Shown: in pieces, positions 47,718 to 57,616 of the stretch | Layout: each line of letters starts with the position of its first letter | Position numbering within the stretch: the stretch's first letter is position 1 | DNA from: a virus | Taxonomy: Duplodnaviria; Caudoviricetes | IMG/VR virus record: IMGVR_UViG_3300023213_000518 | Coordinates: 1-59,585 of that record | Strand: one strand, 5' to 3' | Length of the DNA: 59,585 nt | Program-made: the position numbers and the translations under genes | The notes under the pieces: generated by a model | Database searches by the model: none | What the model was told of the DNA's origin: nothing | The model's input: the letters and a program-made list of their open reading frames with translations, nothing else

Positions 47718-47747
47718 TTTTCTTCTCCTATCTGTTTGTAATTTTCA

Positions 47748-47791
47748 CAAAAACACAGGGAGGCAGAGAACCCGAAGGTGCCCTGCCTCCC
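47748..47791 (-). terminator. terminator-like hairpin after tail tube gene
   Basis: GGGAGGCAG...CTGCCTCCC then TGTGTTTTT. Confidence 0.65.
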
Positions 47792-47846
47792 ACTACAAAA
47801 CCAGATACTACAACAACAAAACCAAATCTTAAATCTGAATGTCTCG

Positions 47847-48947
47847 TCAGATCTGCACGTCCTGTTGTGGCCGCGGATAAAACGCTTTGTACCCTACGAC
47901 AGTCTCACCATCTTCTGGATCGTCGAAGGCTAGAGCTTCCATCATGCAGTCCAAACCATAACCAGTCTCATCCGTTGTTCCAATATTCTCAATTGCCCAC
48001 GCAGCGACATCTTTGAACTGAGAAATTGAAACGTGTGGATAGTAGACGGCAATCTGAGCAGCATCGATTGTATCCATGATGAACAACCCAGACCACTCAG
48101 TAATGAACGTTCCACCTTCTCGTACAGCCCACCCAACGACTTGCTGAACTTTCGCTCCTGTCGTTGGGCCGGTATTAGCAGCAACGCCAGGCTGAGAAGA
48201 ACCACCACCAACGAACACACCGTTTAGCACCAGACCATCCTGTCCAGCGACGGCACCAGCGGCGATACTGGTAATACGAGCCACGTAATCAGACGTCTTA
48301 CGAATGAAGTTAACATCGGATACCTGACCAGCTGAAACGGGAATACCAGCATCATTGACGATACCGACCTGGCTGGTGTAATCCTGATCGACAACGATAT
48401 AGTTCCCAGCTTGGAACAACGTACCAGAACCAGCAGGAACGAATACGGTTGGCGAACCTGCGGTTGTACCCGCACCGTTAACCTGATAACCAGAAGCACC
48501 CATCGGTACGGCCTGTGCTCCTGTTCCAGATATTGGGCCAACTGTCGAAGGTAATGGATTGTTCAGAAGATTGAATGGCGTTGTTCCAACGGCTATTTTG
48601 AAAGCCATCCTCGTCGCTTCGCGGAACGAAAAGTCGAATTGCTCACCGACCTGTCCTCTGTATTGAGCACGGACTGCACCCCTGTAGCCAGATCTTACCT
48701 GACCAATTTTCGACTGTGGGGTAATCTTGAAATCCTTGATCCACCCCAAGTCAAACCAACCAGCAGGTGGTGCGTTCGTGTTGAAGGGGCCGTTTGCTTG
48801 CAAATCTAGAATCTTCGGACCGACGGATGTATTCGTCGATGCCGAACCTTGGCCCGGATTGTAAGGCGCAAAGAAAGCACGCCATCCAGCCCCAACCAAG
48901 AGCGTATTTTTCCTGAAAGTCTGGATTAAAGCCTTTGATAGAGCCAT
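47847..48947 (-). CDS. major tail (tube) protein
   Basis: position, GGAGG RBS, WFDLGWI, downstream terminator. Confidence 0.6.
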   Translation of the reverse strand: MALSKALIQTFRKNTLLVGAGWRAFFAPYNPGQGSASTNTSVGPKILDLQANGPFNTNAPPAGWFDLGWIKDFKITPQSKIGQVRSGYRGAVRAQYRGQVGEQFDFSFREATRMAFKIAVGTTPFNLLNNPLPSTVGPISGTGAQAVPMGASGYQVNGAGTTAGSPTVFVPAGSGTLFQAGNYIVVDQDYTSQVGIVNDAGIPVSAGQVSDVNFIRKTSDYVARITSIAAGAVAGQDGLVLNGVFVGGGSSQPGVAANTGPTTGAKVQQVVGWAVREGGTFITEWSGLFIMDTIDAAQIAVYYPHVSISQFKDVAAWAIENIGTTDETGYGLDCMMEALAFDDPEDGETVVGYKAFYPRPQQDVQI

Positions 48948-48959
48948 CGTCTGGCCTCC

Positions 48960-49490
48960 CTAAGAAATAATTGCTGCGTCCATATCGGTCAGATATAACG
49001 TTGCAGTTCCATAAATCAAACCGCTCTGTCTATCTATCCTGTTCATGAACGTCAGCTCAGTCCACCACATAAACTCTTTAGGGCTTAATGACGAAGAAAC
49101 CAGAGACAATCCCGAAGGCGTATTACCCTGTACAGACCAACTTTTCTTTTCAGTGAACCAAGGCCAAGACGCTTGCAGGAGTTCCTGCTTTATCGTCATA
49201 TTTTTCCTATATCGGTCACCCCGACTTCGTCCCACTTTACCGGATTGTAAATCAGTCCCGGCTATCATCCAAGTCCACTGCAAGGTATGGGCCAGAACCG
49301 GAACCGACCCAGACCAAAACTGTTTTCCTAAAGGCCTCTGCCCTAACGTCAAAAGATAGACCTGCTCCAGTTCGACCTGCTTAGCAGGCCAATCCATAGC
49401 ATCCAGTATGGCAACTACATTCCTAGCGGGGTTGATAGTCTGCCATCTGGTCAAACAATACTCAAAATAACTATCAACAGCATTAAGCAT
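48960..49490 (-). CDS. tail terminator-like protein
   Basis: position immediately before tail tube; size. Confidence 0.4.
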   Translation of the reverse strand: MLNAVDSYFEYCLTRWQTINPARNVVAILDAMDWPAKQVELEQVYLLTLGQRPLGKQFWSGSVPVLAHTLQWTWMIAGTDLQSGKVGRSRGDRYRKNMTIKQELLQASWPWFTEKKSWSVQGNTPSGLSLVSSSLSPKEFMWWTELTFMNRIDRQSGLIYGTATLYLTDMDAAIIS

Positions 49491-49491
49491 T

Positions 49492-50049
49492 TCAGATCTG
49501 CCTATTCTCAAAAATCTTTACCAGCGACCTGAACCGCTCTTCTCCTATCTCCTCTATCATAAGCTTCTCAATTTTTTCGTTCAACCTATCAGGTTTTGAT
49601 GTGTCAGGCGTCGTCAAAAGCAACTGATACAACCAAGCTAACTTCCATTGATGCGACAACTCCATCTTATCAAACGTATCGCAGGTTATCGAAACCGTAA
49701 CTCCAAAAAAATCTCTTGGATCCATAACCGTTTGCGCCAATACTGCATTACGAAAATTCGTGTGGTACAAACGCGTCCGTCTAAAGGTCGACCTATAGCA
49801 ATTCGCTTGCTCAAAATTGGCGTAAGCCAAATCAGAATGGTCAAACTTGCAATTGAAAAGTGTACATCCACGAAAATCTGACTGAACCAAATCACGATTC
49901 GAGAAATCTTCGTCGTAGAATTTTCTATTCGTGAAAACCTGACCTCTACGACCGTAACCACTCGTACCCGTACTAGGAGACGGCATCTCTACCGGCTTTG
50001 GTAAAGAAAAATTTTCAGGTGCGGCAGGCTTTTCTCTTTCTGTTTCCAT
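49492..50049 (-). CDS. pentapeptide repeat protein
   Basis: EDFSN RDLVQ SDFRG CTLFN CKFDH SDLAY ANFEQ ANCYR STFRR TRLYH TNFRN AVLAQ. Confidence 0.85.
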   Translation of the reverse strand: METEREKPAAPENFSLPKPVEMPSPSTGTSGYGRRGQVFTNRKFYDEDFSNRDLVQSDFRGCTLFNCKFDHSDLAYANFEQANCYRSTFRRTRLYHTNFRNAVLAQTVMDPRDFFGVTVSITCDTFDKMELSHQWKLAWLYQLLLTTPDTSKPDRLNEKIEKLMIEEIGEERFRSLVKIFENRQI

Positions 50050-50061
50050 CGTCCTATTCCT

Positions 50062-50628
50062 TTACTCGAACAAACTTTGACTATCCATTTCGTCCAACTG
50101 ATAGATACCACCAAACTCAGAAGAGGATAAATCCAAATCATCTTCGTTTGAGTTCAAATCAGGATCATTTGGCCTTAGGATAGTGAATGACTCTCTCAAA
50201 TCGCCAGAATCTTCTGGTGCGGTTTGTTGCAAGATCATAACTATCTTCTGCGAAGCCACCAAATTCGCTTTCTCTATCTCGGCCCTAATAGCCTTAGCTG
50301 TCAGAGTCCGGAAAGATACAGAAGCCAACGCCTTGTCAAGAGCATCAAGAAACTGCGGCGTGTTTATTCTTATGTACCCCTCCGGAGCCTGAATGGATAA
50401 CCACACACGCTCACCGTCAGGATTCACTCCCATGACGGTCTTTGGGCCTTTTTTGGTTTGGCGAGCGTTACCCCATTCCCAAACAAGAGCATAGACAGCT
50501 GCTGCGCCAACGGAAGCTATACCACCGCTGACCTGACCAATGTTATCCACATCCTCAACGAACCTTTCGAATTCTTTGTCGTCGATCAGATCGGATGCAG
50601 CTAACGATGGCAGACCAATAGTAAACAT
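50062..50628 (-). CDS. HK97 gp10-like tail completion/neck protein
   Basis: YA.VWEWG and AP.DSGDLRES motifs. Confidence 0.5.
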   Translation of the reverse strand: MFTIGLPSLAASDLIDDKEFERFVEDVDNIGQVSGGIASVGAAAVYALVWEWGNARQTKKGPKTVMGVNPDGERVWLSIQAPEGYIRINTPQFLDALDKALASVSFRTLTAKAIRAEIEKANLVASQKIVMILQQTAPEDSGDLRESFTILRPNDPDLNSNEDDLDLSSSEFGGIYQLDEMDSQSLFE

Positions 50629-50631
50629 AGC

Positions 50632-50892
50632 CTACACAAGTGACAACAGAACGTTCGACAAGTTTGTCTTGATAGGATCAGCAGCATCCATAATACCAGA
50701 ATGGATACCACCACCAACGATGGCGTTTAGAAGCTCTTTCAATTCTTTTGCCTTCACCAGGCAAAGATTGATGTTGCCTCTCAGATCCATGATTTCATTC
50801 GCAGGATTGTTGCTATTTGCCAACGAAGTCGCAGTCGGGCCTGTAGAATCGGCCGTTGTCAAATCGGTAATGATCGTAGTCGAAGCTGCCAT
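50632..50892 (-). CDS. hypothetical virion-module protein
   Basis: AAGGAG RBS. Confidence 0.55.
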   Translation of the reverse strand: MAASTTIITDLTTADSTGPTATSLANSNNPANEIMDLRGNINLCLVKAKELKELLNAIVGGGIHSGIMDAADPIKTNLSNVLLSLV

Positions 50893-50921
50893 TTCTTCTT
50901 CTCCTTCAAGTTAAATTTTAC

Positions 50922-51185
50922 TTACCTAGACAACATCATCCCAATGCCACGGTAGGCAGGATTCACCTGCACTCTTGCGCGGCCTGAGAAAGCTGATTGC
51001 GTCTTTTCCATCATGGTAAATGGAACAACCGCCTGACAATGATCAACCGGGAAATGGACAAGAGCTGATTCGGCATTGGCATTAATGCGAAGGATTGAAC
51101 CAATCCGAATCAAAACCCCATTAGCCATCGTTCGTCTAACAACAACTTGGTCATCTTTACGAAAATCATTATCCATTTCTTTCAC
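50922..51185 (-). CDS. hypothetical protein (SH3-like beta barrel possible)
   Basis: FRKDDQVVV...G.I..I...ALVHF. Confidence 0.5.
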   Translation of the reverse strand: MKEMDNDFRKDDQVVVRRTMANGVLIRIGSILRINANAESALVHFPVDHCQAVVPFTMMEKTQSAFSGRARVQVNPAYRGIGMMLSR

Positions 51186-51186
51186 C

Positions 51187-51684
51187 TCATGTAGAAAGCG
51201 GCTGTTGACTCAATATCTCTATTGCGTTACCAACTATAGTCCAAAAAATCGGCTGACCCGCCTGATCTTCATGCGTAACTGACTCCATGTTGAAAATCCG
51301 GCCGTCATAGAAAAAGCCAACCACAGAACCATCAGAAAAAACTTGTTCAGGATCGGTAAAGCCTACCTGCGCCATACGATTTATAACAAACGTATGGGAT
51401 ATCAAAAACACACGGGCGCCTATTCTCAACCTTCCACCACTCAACCCAATATTGTGTCTCGTAACTTCACGAACCTCAGGCGGAGGGACTATGGGTATAT
51501 CAACAACTCCAGACTGACCACCACTAACAGCTGGCTGAAACCCCAAGGCAGATACATCGTGTACAGGTTTGACAAGCTCAGGTACAACCTGCTTTATCCT
51601 CAACCAACAGGGAAGTCCCGGCTGCCAGAAACTCAAATAGGTATCGGCCAAAGACCTGATACCTAGATTGAAAAGTGATGACAT
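51187..51684 (-). CDS. head-closure/head-tail joining-like protein
   Basis: position; YDGRIFNM.SV pattern. Confidence 0.45.
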   Translation of the reverse strand: MSSLFNLGIRSLADTYLSFWQPGLPCWLRIKQVVPELVKPVHDVSALGFQPAVSGGQSGVVDIPIVPPPEVREVTRHNIGLSGGRLRIGARVFLISHTFVINRMAQVGFTDPEQVFSDGSVVGFFYDGRIFNMESVTHEDQAGQPIFWTIVGNAIEILSQQPLST

Positions 51685-51691
51685 CTTCTAG

Positions 51692-52383
51692 TTAGCCCAC
51701 AGCAAAAGAACAAACCCAAGCAAAAGCTTCCAAAGCATCTTCGAACATTTCAAAAACAAACCCACTACGCTTACATAACTTTCTAGCTGCTTTAAGTTTA
51801 AAACTCAAACGTCCACCAAAATCATAGCCCTTCAGTTCCACTAACAACTTCTTACCACAAAAAAGATCAACAAGAAAATCAGGAAAATATGTTCTGTTCA
51901 AGCCCAATTCGTCTTTATATGGTATTTTTATTTTTCCGACCGAAAACGTTTTCACAAAACCACAAACGTCAAGCAACAAAGCGAACTGTTGTTCATACGA
52001 AGATCTGCACCAAATAACTCCGGCTTTTTCTGTCGCTAGCCAAGACTGTTTAAAAAACTTATGAACATTTCCACATACTACACTTCTAAACCCACAAGCA
52101 TATAGCATCCTCATCGTTGAGGACTGACGCTCACTATGAAGCTTCTTAGCTTCAGGATAATTGGCCAATCTGGACATTTCTCTAAATCTTTTCTAGCTTC
52201 TGGTGTATTACAAACTACTCTACGTTTTGCTACAAGCTTCTCACGCCACTCATAGTCTTTCCACAACTTTATAAATGTAGAACTCAACTTCTCATATGTT
52301 CCGTGTCGTCTCCTGCCAGCCATCACACGACGACGATAATTTGGCGTTTCCCAAAGGCTTTTAAGTGTATCCGACCTACTCAT
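51692..52383 (-). pseudogene. NUMOD3-like plus TnsA/PD-(D/E)XK homing-endonuclease-like gene split by a frameshift
   Basis: 52111..52383 has LW..P.YR repeats; 51692..52177 has RSSYE, IPY, YFPDFLV, LVELKG; frames join near 52190. Confidence 0.65.
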
Positions 52384-52391
52384 AGCCTACC

Positions 52392-53213
52392 TCAAAGAGC
52401 GCGAACAGTATAATAAGGCGCGAGTAGTAATTCGACATTCGTGTCGATTAAATTCGGAGTAAAACTAGCTCGTACTTTTCCCGCAGCAAATGAAGTCAAA
52501 CCAGTCGCTCCTCCACCTCTCGAAAGCATATTCTTAACCAGAGATGCACACGCGTGTTTGATAGCCCTAGGAATATGCGACGGATGAAACCCAACGTTAT
52601 ATGTGACCACAAGCTCTGTGTACTGCGACAGATACAATCCTGAAGGCACCCAAATCTCTGCCGTTCTAGGATCGTAATCGACCTGTGTAACATCAACAGG
52701 TGTGAAGACTGGTGGCCCACCGAAGAAACTAGCAATTTGTAGAACGCTCGCCGCATAGTTCAAATCCGGATAAACCTGTTGCTGTCCTCTCCTTGCATAA
52801 CCATACCGTCCACTACAGGATATCAATGGCGTCAAATTCGGTGAAGATTGTGGCGCAAATTGCCCGTTCGGCTGGAACCCTGTATAGAAATTATTTGAAA
52901 GAGGATTTCCAGCTGAATCAATTTGACTACCAGAAACTATCAACTGCTGCTGAACCAAAATAGGTACTGCAACAAGTGGACGGAAAGACAACCTCGTCAT
53001 ATTCCGCCCAACTGGAAGCAGTACCCTTTCAGTATACGTAGTATAGACGAGAGATCCATTCCCATCTACGTCAGTTCTACCACAAGCTTCATCGATGAGA
53101 GTCGAGGCCCTATCTACAAGAGTAAGAATGTCTGGCTGCTGTGATGCGTCCGGTAAACCAAACGCACTCAATTCTTTTTGCGATAGAAATCGCGGCTGAA
53201 AATCAGCAGCCAA
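52392..53213 (-). CDS. head-tail adaptor protein
   Basis: RAS.LIDE.C, VTYNVGF, IPRAIKHAC, LLAPY; follows capsid gene. Confidence 0.7.
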   Translation of the reverse strand: MAADFQPRFLSQKELSAFGLPDASQQPDILTLVDRASTLIDEACGRTDVDGNGSLVYTTYTERVLLPVGRNMTRLSFRPLVAVPILVQQQLIVSGSQIDSAGNPLSNNFYTGFQPNGQFAPQSSPNLTPLISCSGRYGYARRGQQQVYPDLNYAASVLQIASFFGGPPVFTPVDVTQVDYDPRTAEIWVPSGLYLSQYTELVVTYNVGFHPSHIPRAIKHACASLVKNMLSRGGGATGLTSFAAGKVRASFTPNLIDTNVELLLAPYYTVRAL

Positions 53214-53227
53214 GACATTCTCCTCTA

Positions 53228-54223
53228 TTACCTCGTCGTCAGCACAACGCGATGAGCGTAGCCCGGACCTTTCGCTACAACAGATCCGAACTTTAGTACG
53301 ACGAATTGTCCAGCCAGATTTCCAACCAAACCCAACTGGAAAACTCTAGGCAATGGAGACGTCAACCAGTGATACTCGATAAACTCCTCCATCACAATGA
53401 AGCTGGAATACAACGTTGATCCAACAACCGGCGGAAACGGAGTCGGCTGCAACCCCGGATCAGGAATGATTGGCAGAAGACCGGCTTGTGTTGGAAGAGC
53501 TTTCACAATCACGCCGGGTATAACTTCAACTTCATTGAAGTACAACTGCACAGATTTTGCTTCTTGATCGAACAAATCGGCAAACAGTGGCGAGGCATAG
53601 ATGCCAGAAGGACGAACTTCATAATCCTGCCTACTGACCTGTTGCGCAACCGCTGTCTTGTGCCCATCAACCAAGGAACCACTAGCGGTAATGGGAAAAG
53701 TAGGACCAAACGCTCCCACTGTTGCGGCACCAACAATCTGGCCCGATATTCCGAAGTACTGAGTCGTCGTCGGAATGACCAAATCAGTATCAGACCCGTT
53801 CCAAAGCATCGTATCATGAAGCTTCAGGACGGAATCGACGGTGTCTGTCAAATCCTTTGCTTCAAGATATGCGAACTGGCCCTGCTGCTGGTTTACTTCA
53901 ACGTCGAAGATCGAATAGTTGATTTGCGCAACCAACGCCTTCAACGTGATAGGCCGCTCAACGCGTTTCGGCTGCGTAGCAGTCACCGAAATTTGGCGTG
54001 GATCGGTTGTCGTTGCGACAGGAATCAACAGTTGCTCGAAGTACCGAGACGGTTGTCCTGTAGCAGGCGTCTGGTTGATTCTCTGACCGAGAACGAACCT
54101 ACGCCGTACCAAATCGAAAATCTCAGCCTGATAACGATTGACTTCAATGGCGCCAGGTGCCAAGAAATCAGCCGCGGCAGAAATCTCGATAGGACGTGCT
54201 GATCTTATTGCTTCTTGTCCCAT
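53228..54223 (-). CDS. major capsid protein (HK97 fold probable)
   Basis: 331 aa after scaffold; GAGGAGGAG RBS; LWNG, YFGI patterns. Confidence 0.75.
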   Translation of the reverse strand: MGQEAIRSARPIEISAAADFLAPGAIEVNRYQAEIFDLVRRRFVLGQRINQTPATGQPSRYFEQLLIPVATTTDPRQISVTATQPKRVERPITLKALVAQINYSIFDVEVNQQQGQFAYLEAKDLTDTVDSVLKLHDTMLWNGSDTDLVIPTTTQYFGISGQIVGAATVGAFGPTFPITASGSLVDGHKTAVAQQVSRQDYEVRPSGIYASPLFADLFDQEAKSVQLYFNEVEVIPGVIVKALPTQAGLLPIIPDPGLQPTPFPPVVGSTLYSSFIVMEEFIEYHWLTSPLPRVFQLGLVGNLAGQFVVLKFGSVVAKGPGYAHRVVLTTR

Positions 54224-54266
54224 GATTATCTTAGACTCCTCCTCTTCTAGATTTTCTTGGCAACTA

Positions 54267-55874
54267 CTACATCATGTACTGACGATTCACGATACCCGAT
54301 TCCATGATCCCATTCTGTAGCAACTGATTCTTCAAAGCAATCTTAGTCGTTGGATCAAGACTCAACCCCGACTTCAAAAACATCTCGTCAACTTGGCCCA
54401 CCGTCAACTTAGTTCCACTAGCCATCAACTCACGTGGATTGTGGCCCGTCTTCTCAAGAAGATTGAGAACTTCAGGAGACAATGTCCGACGGTCGATTCT
54501 ATCGGCATAGTTCTCCAGCTGTGCTTCAATTTTCCTGACGTGGTTCTTCAGCTTCCTGTTTTCATTGCGCTGCTCTTCAAGCTGTGCACTCAAATTACGT
54601 ACAAGCTTGGCAGTAGCTGCAGTCACCACAAGAGCACCATTCTTTCTGTCTTTAGCCGCAGACACGCCTCCATCACCTCCACCTGGAGTAAGCTGCCCAG
54701 TCGCTCCACTCTTAGCTTGAGTGCGTGCATGTTCCGAAGCTTTCTTGTTCACGATACGATTATCAGGAACTTGAGGATCGTCATCGTCAACTGCTGTCGG
54801 ATCAGCAGCAGCTCTCTGGTCAGAAGCGGTTGCGGTTGGATCTGTCGCGGTCGGATCGGAAGATGTTGCATCATCATCGTCACGCGCAGCCATAGCCGAC
54901 GTTGACATACTCCCAGAAGCGGAAGAGTCGGCGGCCCGCATAGCGGAAGATGAGCCTGATGCTGAGGACGTCGAGCTGGCGTCATGTGTTGCAGCCAGCA
55001 AGTTATCGACATCCAGTTCAACCGGATCGTTATCATCCGGCGGTTCTTTCTTTTTGCTCGCACTCAATACAGCAAGCACGGCTTTATTTTGTTCACCAAC
55101 TTCCTTGACGAACTTCAAAACTTCTCCGTTCGTCGCATTGACCTGTTCCAAAGCTTTTGTCATTGCTTTTACAGGACCACTGCTGAAAGCTGACTCAACT
55201 CCAGCGGCGATTGCCCGAGCAAGAACCTGGCTTTGGTCTTTGGTCTTCTTAACAGTACCATTCCCCATCGGTTCTTTTCCTCCTTTTGGATTACCCCAGG
55301 CAGCCGCTGCAGCCGCATGGGCTACGCGTGATACGGCACTGGCAGCCAGCGATGTATGCTGGTACGCAGCACTTTCTTTCTTCAACACGGTGGCTCCGGT
55401 GAAATGGAATTTCTCCAAGACCCACACATCTGCGTCCTGATCAGTAACATAAACGTTACCCAGCTCCATCGACATTCCAAGATCTCCACGATTCGCGCGC
55501 AGCGCACGAACCGCTTCAGGAAAGTCTTTTGGCCAGATAATTCCCTCAACTTCAACTTTGTTTCCCTCAATCCAAGCTTTGGAAATGACGCCTATCTTTT
55601 TCTTTGGATCATGTCCCTCCAAATCAGGCTTATAGTTGATACCCATACCAACGAGAGACTTCAAAGCATGTTCAGCGGCTTCTTTCGGAACCTCAATCTG
55701 ATGGCCCTCAGAACCATGTGGAGGCTGCTGACTGGGCTGATCGAGAAACAATAGTATTCCCTTGAAAAGCATTTTATTCGGATGGCTTCTATCAAGAGAA
55801 GAGTCAAACGATATTTCGTTGAATTCTATCGTCTTTGGCGCGCTAGTTAGAATTGTTTCCAGACTGTACGACAT
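54267..55874 (-). CDS. prohead protease-like domain fused to scaffold
   Basis: H..KKIGVI, G.IW..DFPE, LGMSME, FTGA; long low-complexity and coiled-coil C-terminus. Confidence 0.7.
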   Translation of the reverse strand: MSYSLETILTSAPKTIEFNEISFDSSLDRSHPNKMLFKGILLFLDQPSQQPPHGSEGHQIEVPKEAAEHALKSLVGMGINYKPDLEGHDPKKKIGVISKAWIEGNKVEVEGIIWPKDFPEAVRALRANRGDLGMSMELGNVYVTDQDADVWVLEKFHFTGATVLKKESAAYQHTSLAASAVSRVAHAAAAAAWGNPKGGKEPMGNGTVKKTKDQSQVLARAIAAGVESAFSSGPVKAMTKALEQVNATNGEVLKFVKEVGEQNKAVLAVLSASKKKEPPDDNDPVELDVDNLLAATHDASSTSSASGSSSAMRAADSSASGSMSTSAMAARDDDDATSSDPTATDPTATASDQRAAADPTAVDDDDPQVPDNRIVNKKASEHARTQAKSGATGQLTPGGGDGGVSAAKDRKNGALVVTAATAKLVRNLSAQLEEQRNENRKLKNHVRKIEAQLENYADRIDRRTLSPEVLNLLEKTGHNPRELMASGTKLTVGQVDEMFLKSGLSLDPTTKIALKNQLLQNGIMESGIVNRQYMM

Positions 55875-57616
55875 TACCTACCTCTAAACCTATCTACATC
55901 AGGCCCACCCGACCTCGGAGCCAAAGGCCGACGATTGATCGTCGTCGAATCTCTAAAAGGATTCCTAGTAAGTAACTGCTTGCGCTGCTGTTCCATCCTA
56001 CGAGCACTTTTTTCAGGCAAAGTCAACTTATGCTGACGTTGGTTATACCTCTGTATCTGATCTTTCTCATCCTTGGAAGTAATTTTTGCTGGCTTGGTCT
56101 TTTCTTCTTCCTCTTCTTCCTGCATCTTATTAAAAAAATCAATCAACTGGTCAGAAAGTATTTCGAGTATTCCGGGCTGTTGCTGATCCATCTGATCCAA
56201 CAAATCACCATTGTTGCCTGGCAATAATCCGGCTTGCTGATACATCATGATGTCATCAGGAGACATCTGAGCTACATCGTCGGCAGTAAAAGGGCTCTGG
56301 TCGAGATTGAGACCCGGACTGCTTTGTTGTGACGGCTGTTCATCATCAGCAGCCGAACTCATAGATCCACCGAATCCTCCACCACCAAAGCCACCTCCAC
56401 CTCCAACGGACATACCACCCATACTTCCACCACGGCCACCAGCTACAGAAGCGATCAGTATTTGTTGCTGGGCCATCGTCAACTTACCCCAGCCACCCGG
56501 AAGTGGCGCATCACCAAAAGCTTCCCTCATCTGGTCAGGAGTAATGGAGTTTGTTCGGTAACGCATCGTCATAATCTGCATCTGAGTCATTGCGTCTGGA
56601 TCTTCTAGCCCCAAATACTCAAACCGGATATTTTTCCAGCCCAATAATCTATACAGGATGAAGCGGGTTATTGCTTCTTCAAATTTCTTGGCAATGGGAA
56701 CAACTGTAGCACTAAAGTCGGACTGAGACATGACTTCAGCGGTGTTTCTATTTACATCTCTCTCAAGACCAAGTGCCATTGCAGACAAACCAAACCCTGC
56801 AGCAATTATACGAATCAGAAACTCTTGCCACTCAAGCAACAAGTCCTGTGGCGTAACAGCCTGTACATCGAGCACCGAAGGAACAGGCAAGCTCGACATG
56901 AGGCTCATCTTTGACTGGCCTTCTACTTCATCTCGTATGTGACGTCTAACAGTATCAAGATGAGCTGGTGGTACAGATTCTTTCCACCACAACCATGTCT
57001 TATGTATTTGGTCAGAACCAGCTTTCGAAGCCATGTCCTGAACGCCGAGAAAAGCATTTGTTACGTTGAAGCAAACTTCTAGTTTACCCAAACCAAACGG
57101 TGTACTGGACCTAATGTTATCACGAATGTAAACCAGCTCATCATCTAGGAAAGCAATTATTCCCCGCTCGCCCTTCAGACCCGTAAGCTGAGCATAATGA
57201 GGACGTTGATCAGCAGCCGACTCTGTCCAGTCAGCATAAATCCTAATCGTTGTCCCGTCGACTGACCACAGCTTCACTGGCCGACGATAGTCAGGAGTCA
57301 ATTGAGGCTCTATCGTACCATAACCACCAATGATGAAATCTTCAGCTACCGCTTCCATCAACGTCCTATACGAGTCAGTGTTGTTCGGATGTTTCAAACA
57401 ATACGTTGCTATCTGACACTGTTTCAAAAGTTCAGGATCGGTCTGATCAGCATCTTCATCTGGTACAATCTGCCAACGAAGAGATAGCAAACCGTCCTTG
57501 ATAAGATTGATGGCTTTACGCGGAATTGGCGTCTCACTGAATCTTCTCAAATTATAAGGTGTATTTTTCAGTATAGGTTGATTCTGGTAATTACAGCCGG
57601 TGTAGGCTATTGCCAC
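55874..57616 (-). CDS. portal protein, main body
   Basis: NLRRFSETP, AI..IKD, LW.VDG.TI, FGLG.LE, FL.WQ-like LLEWQEFL, IAAGFGLS. Confidence 0.85.
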   Translation of the reverse strand: MAIAYTGCNYQNQPILKNTPYNLRRFSETPIPRKAINLIKDGLLSLRWQIVPDEDADQTDPELLKQCQIATYCLKHPNNTDSYRTLMEAVAEDFIIGGYGTIEPQLTPDYRRPVKLWSVDGTTIRIYADWTESAADQRPHYAQLTGLKGERGIIAFLDDELVYIRDNIRSSTPFGLGKLEVCFNVTNAFLGVQDMASKAGSDQIHKTWLWWKESVPPAHLDTVRRHIRDEVEGQSKMSLMSSLPVPSVLDVQAVTPQDLLLEWQEFLIRIIAAGFGLSAMALGLERDVNRNTAEVMSQSDFSATVVPIAKKFEEAITRFILYRLLGWKNIRFEYLGLEDPDAMTQMQIMTMRYRTNSITPDQMREAFGDAPLPGGWGKLTMAQQQILIASVAGGRGGSMGGMSVGGGGGFGGGGFGGSMSSAADDEQPSQQSSPGLNLDQSPFTADDVAQMSPDDIMMYQQAGLLPGNNGDLLDQMDQQQPGILEILSDQLIDFFNKMQEEEEEEKTKPAKITSKDEKDQIQRYNQRQHKLTLPEKSARRMEQQRKQLLTRNPFRDSTTINRRPLAPRSGGPDVDRFRGR

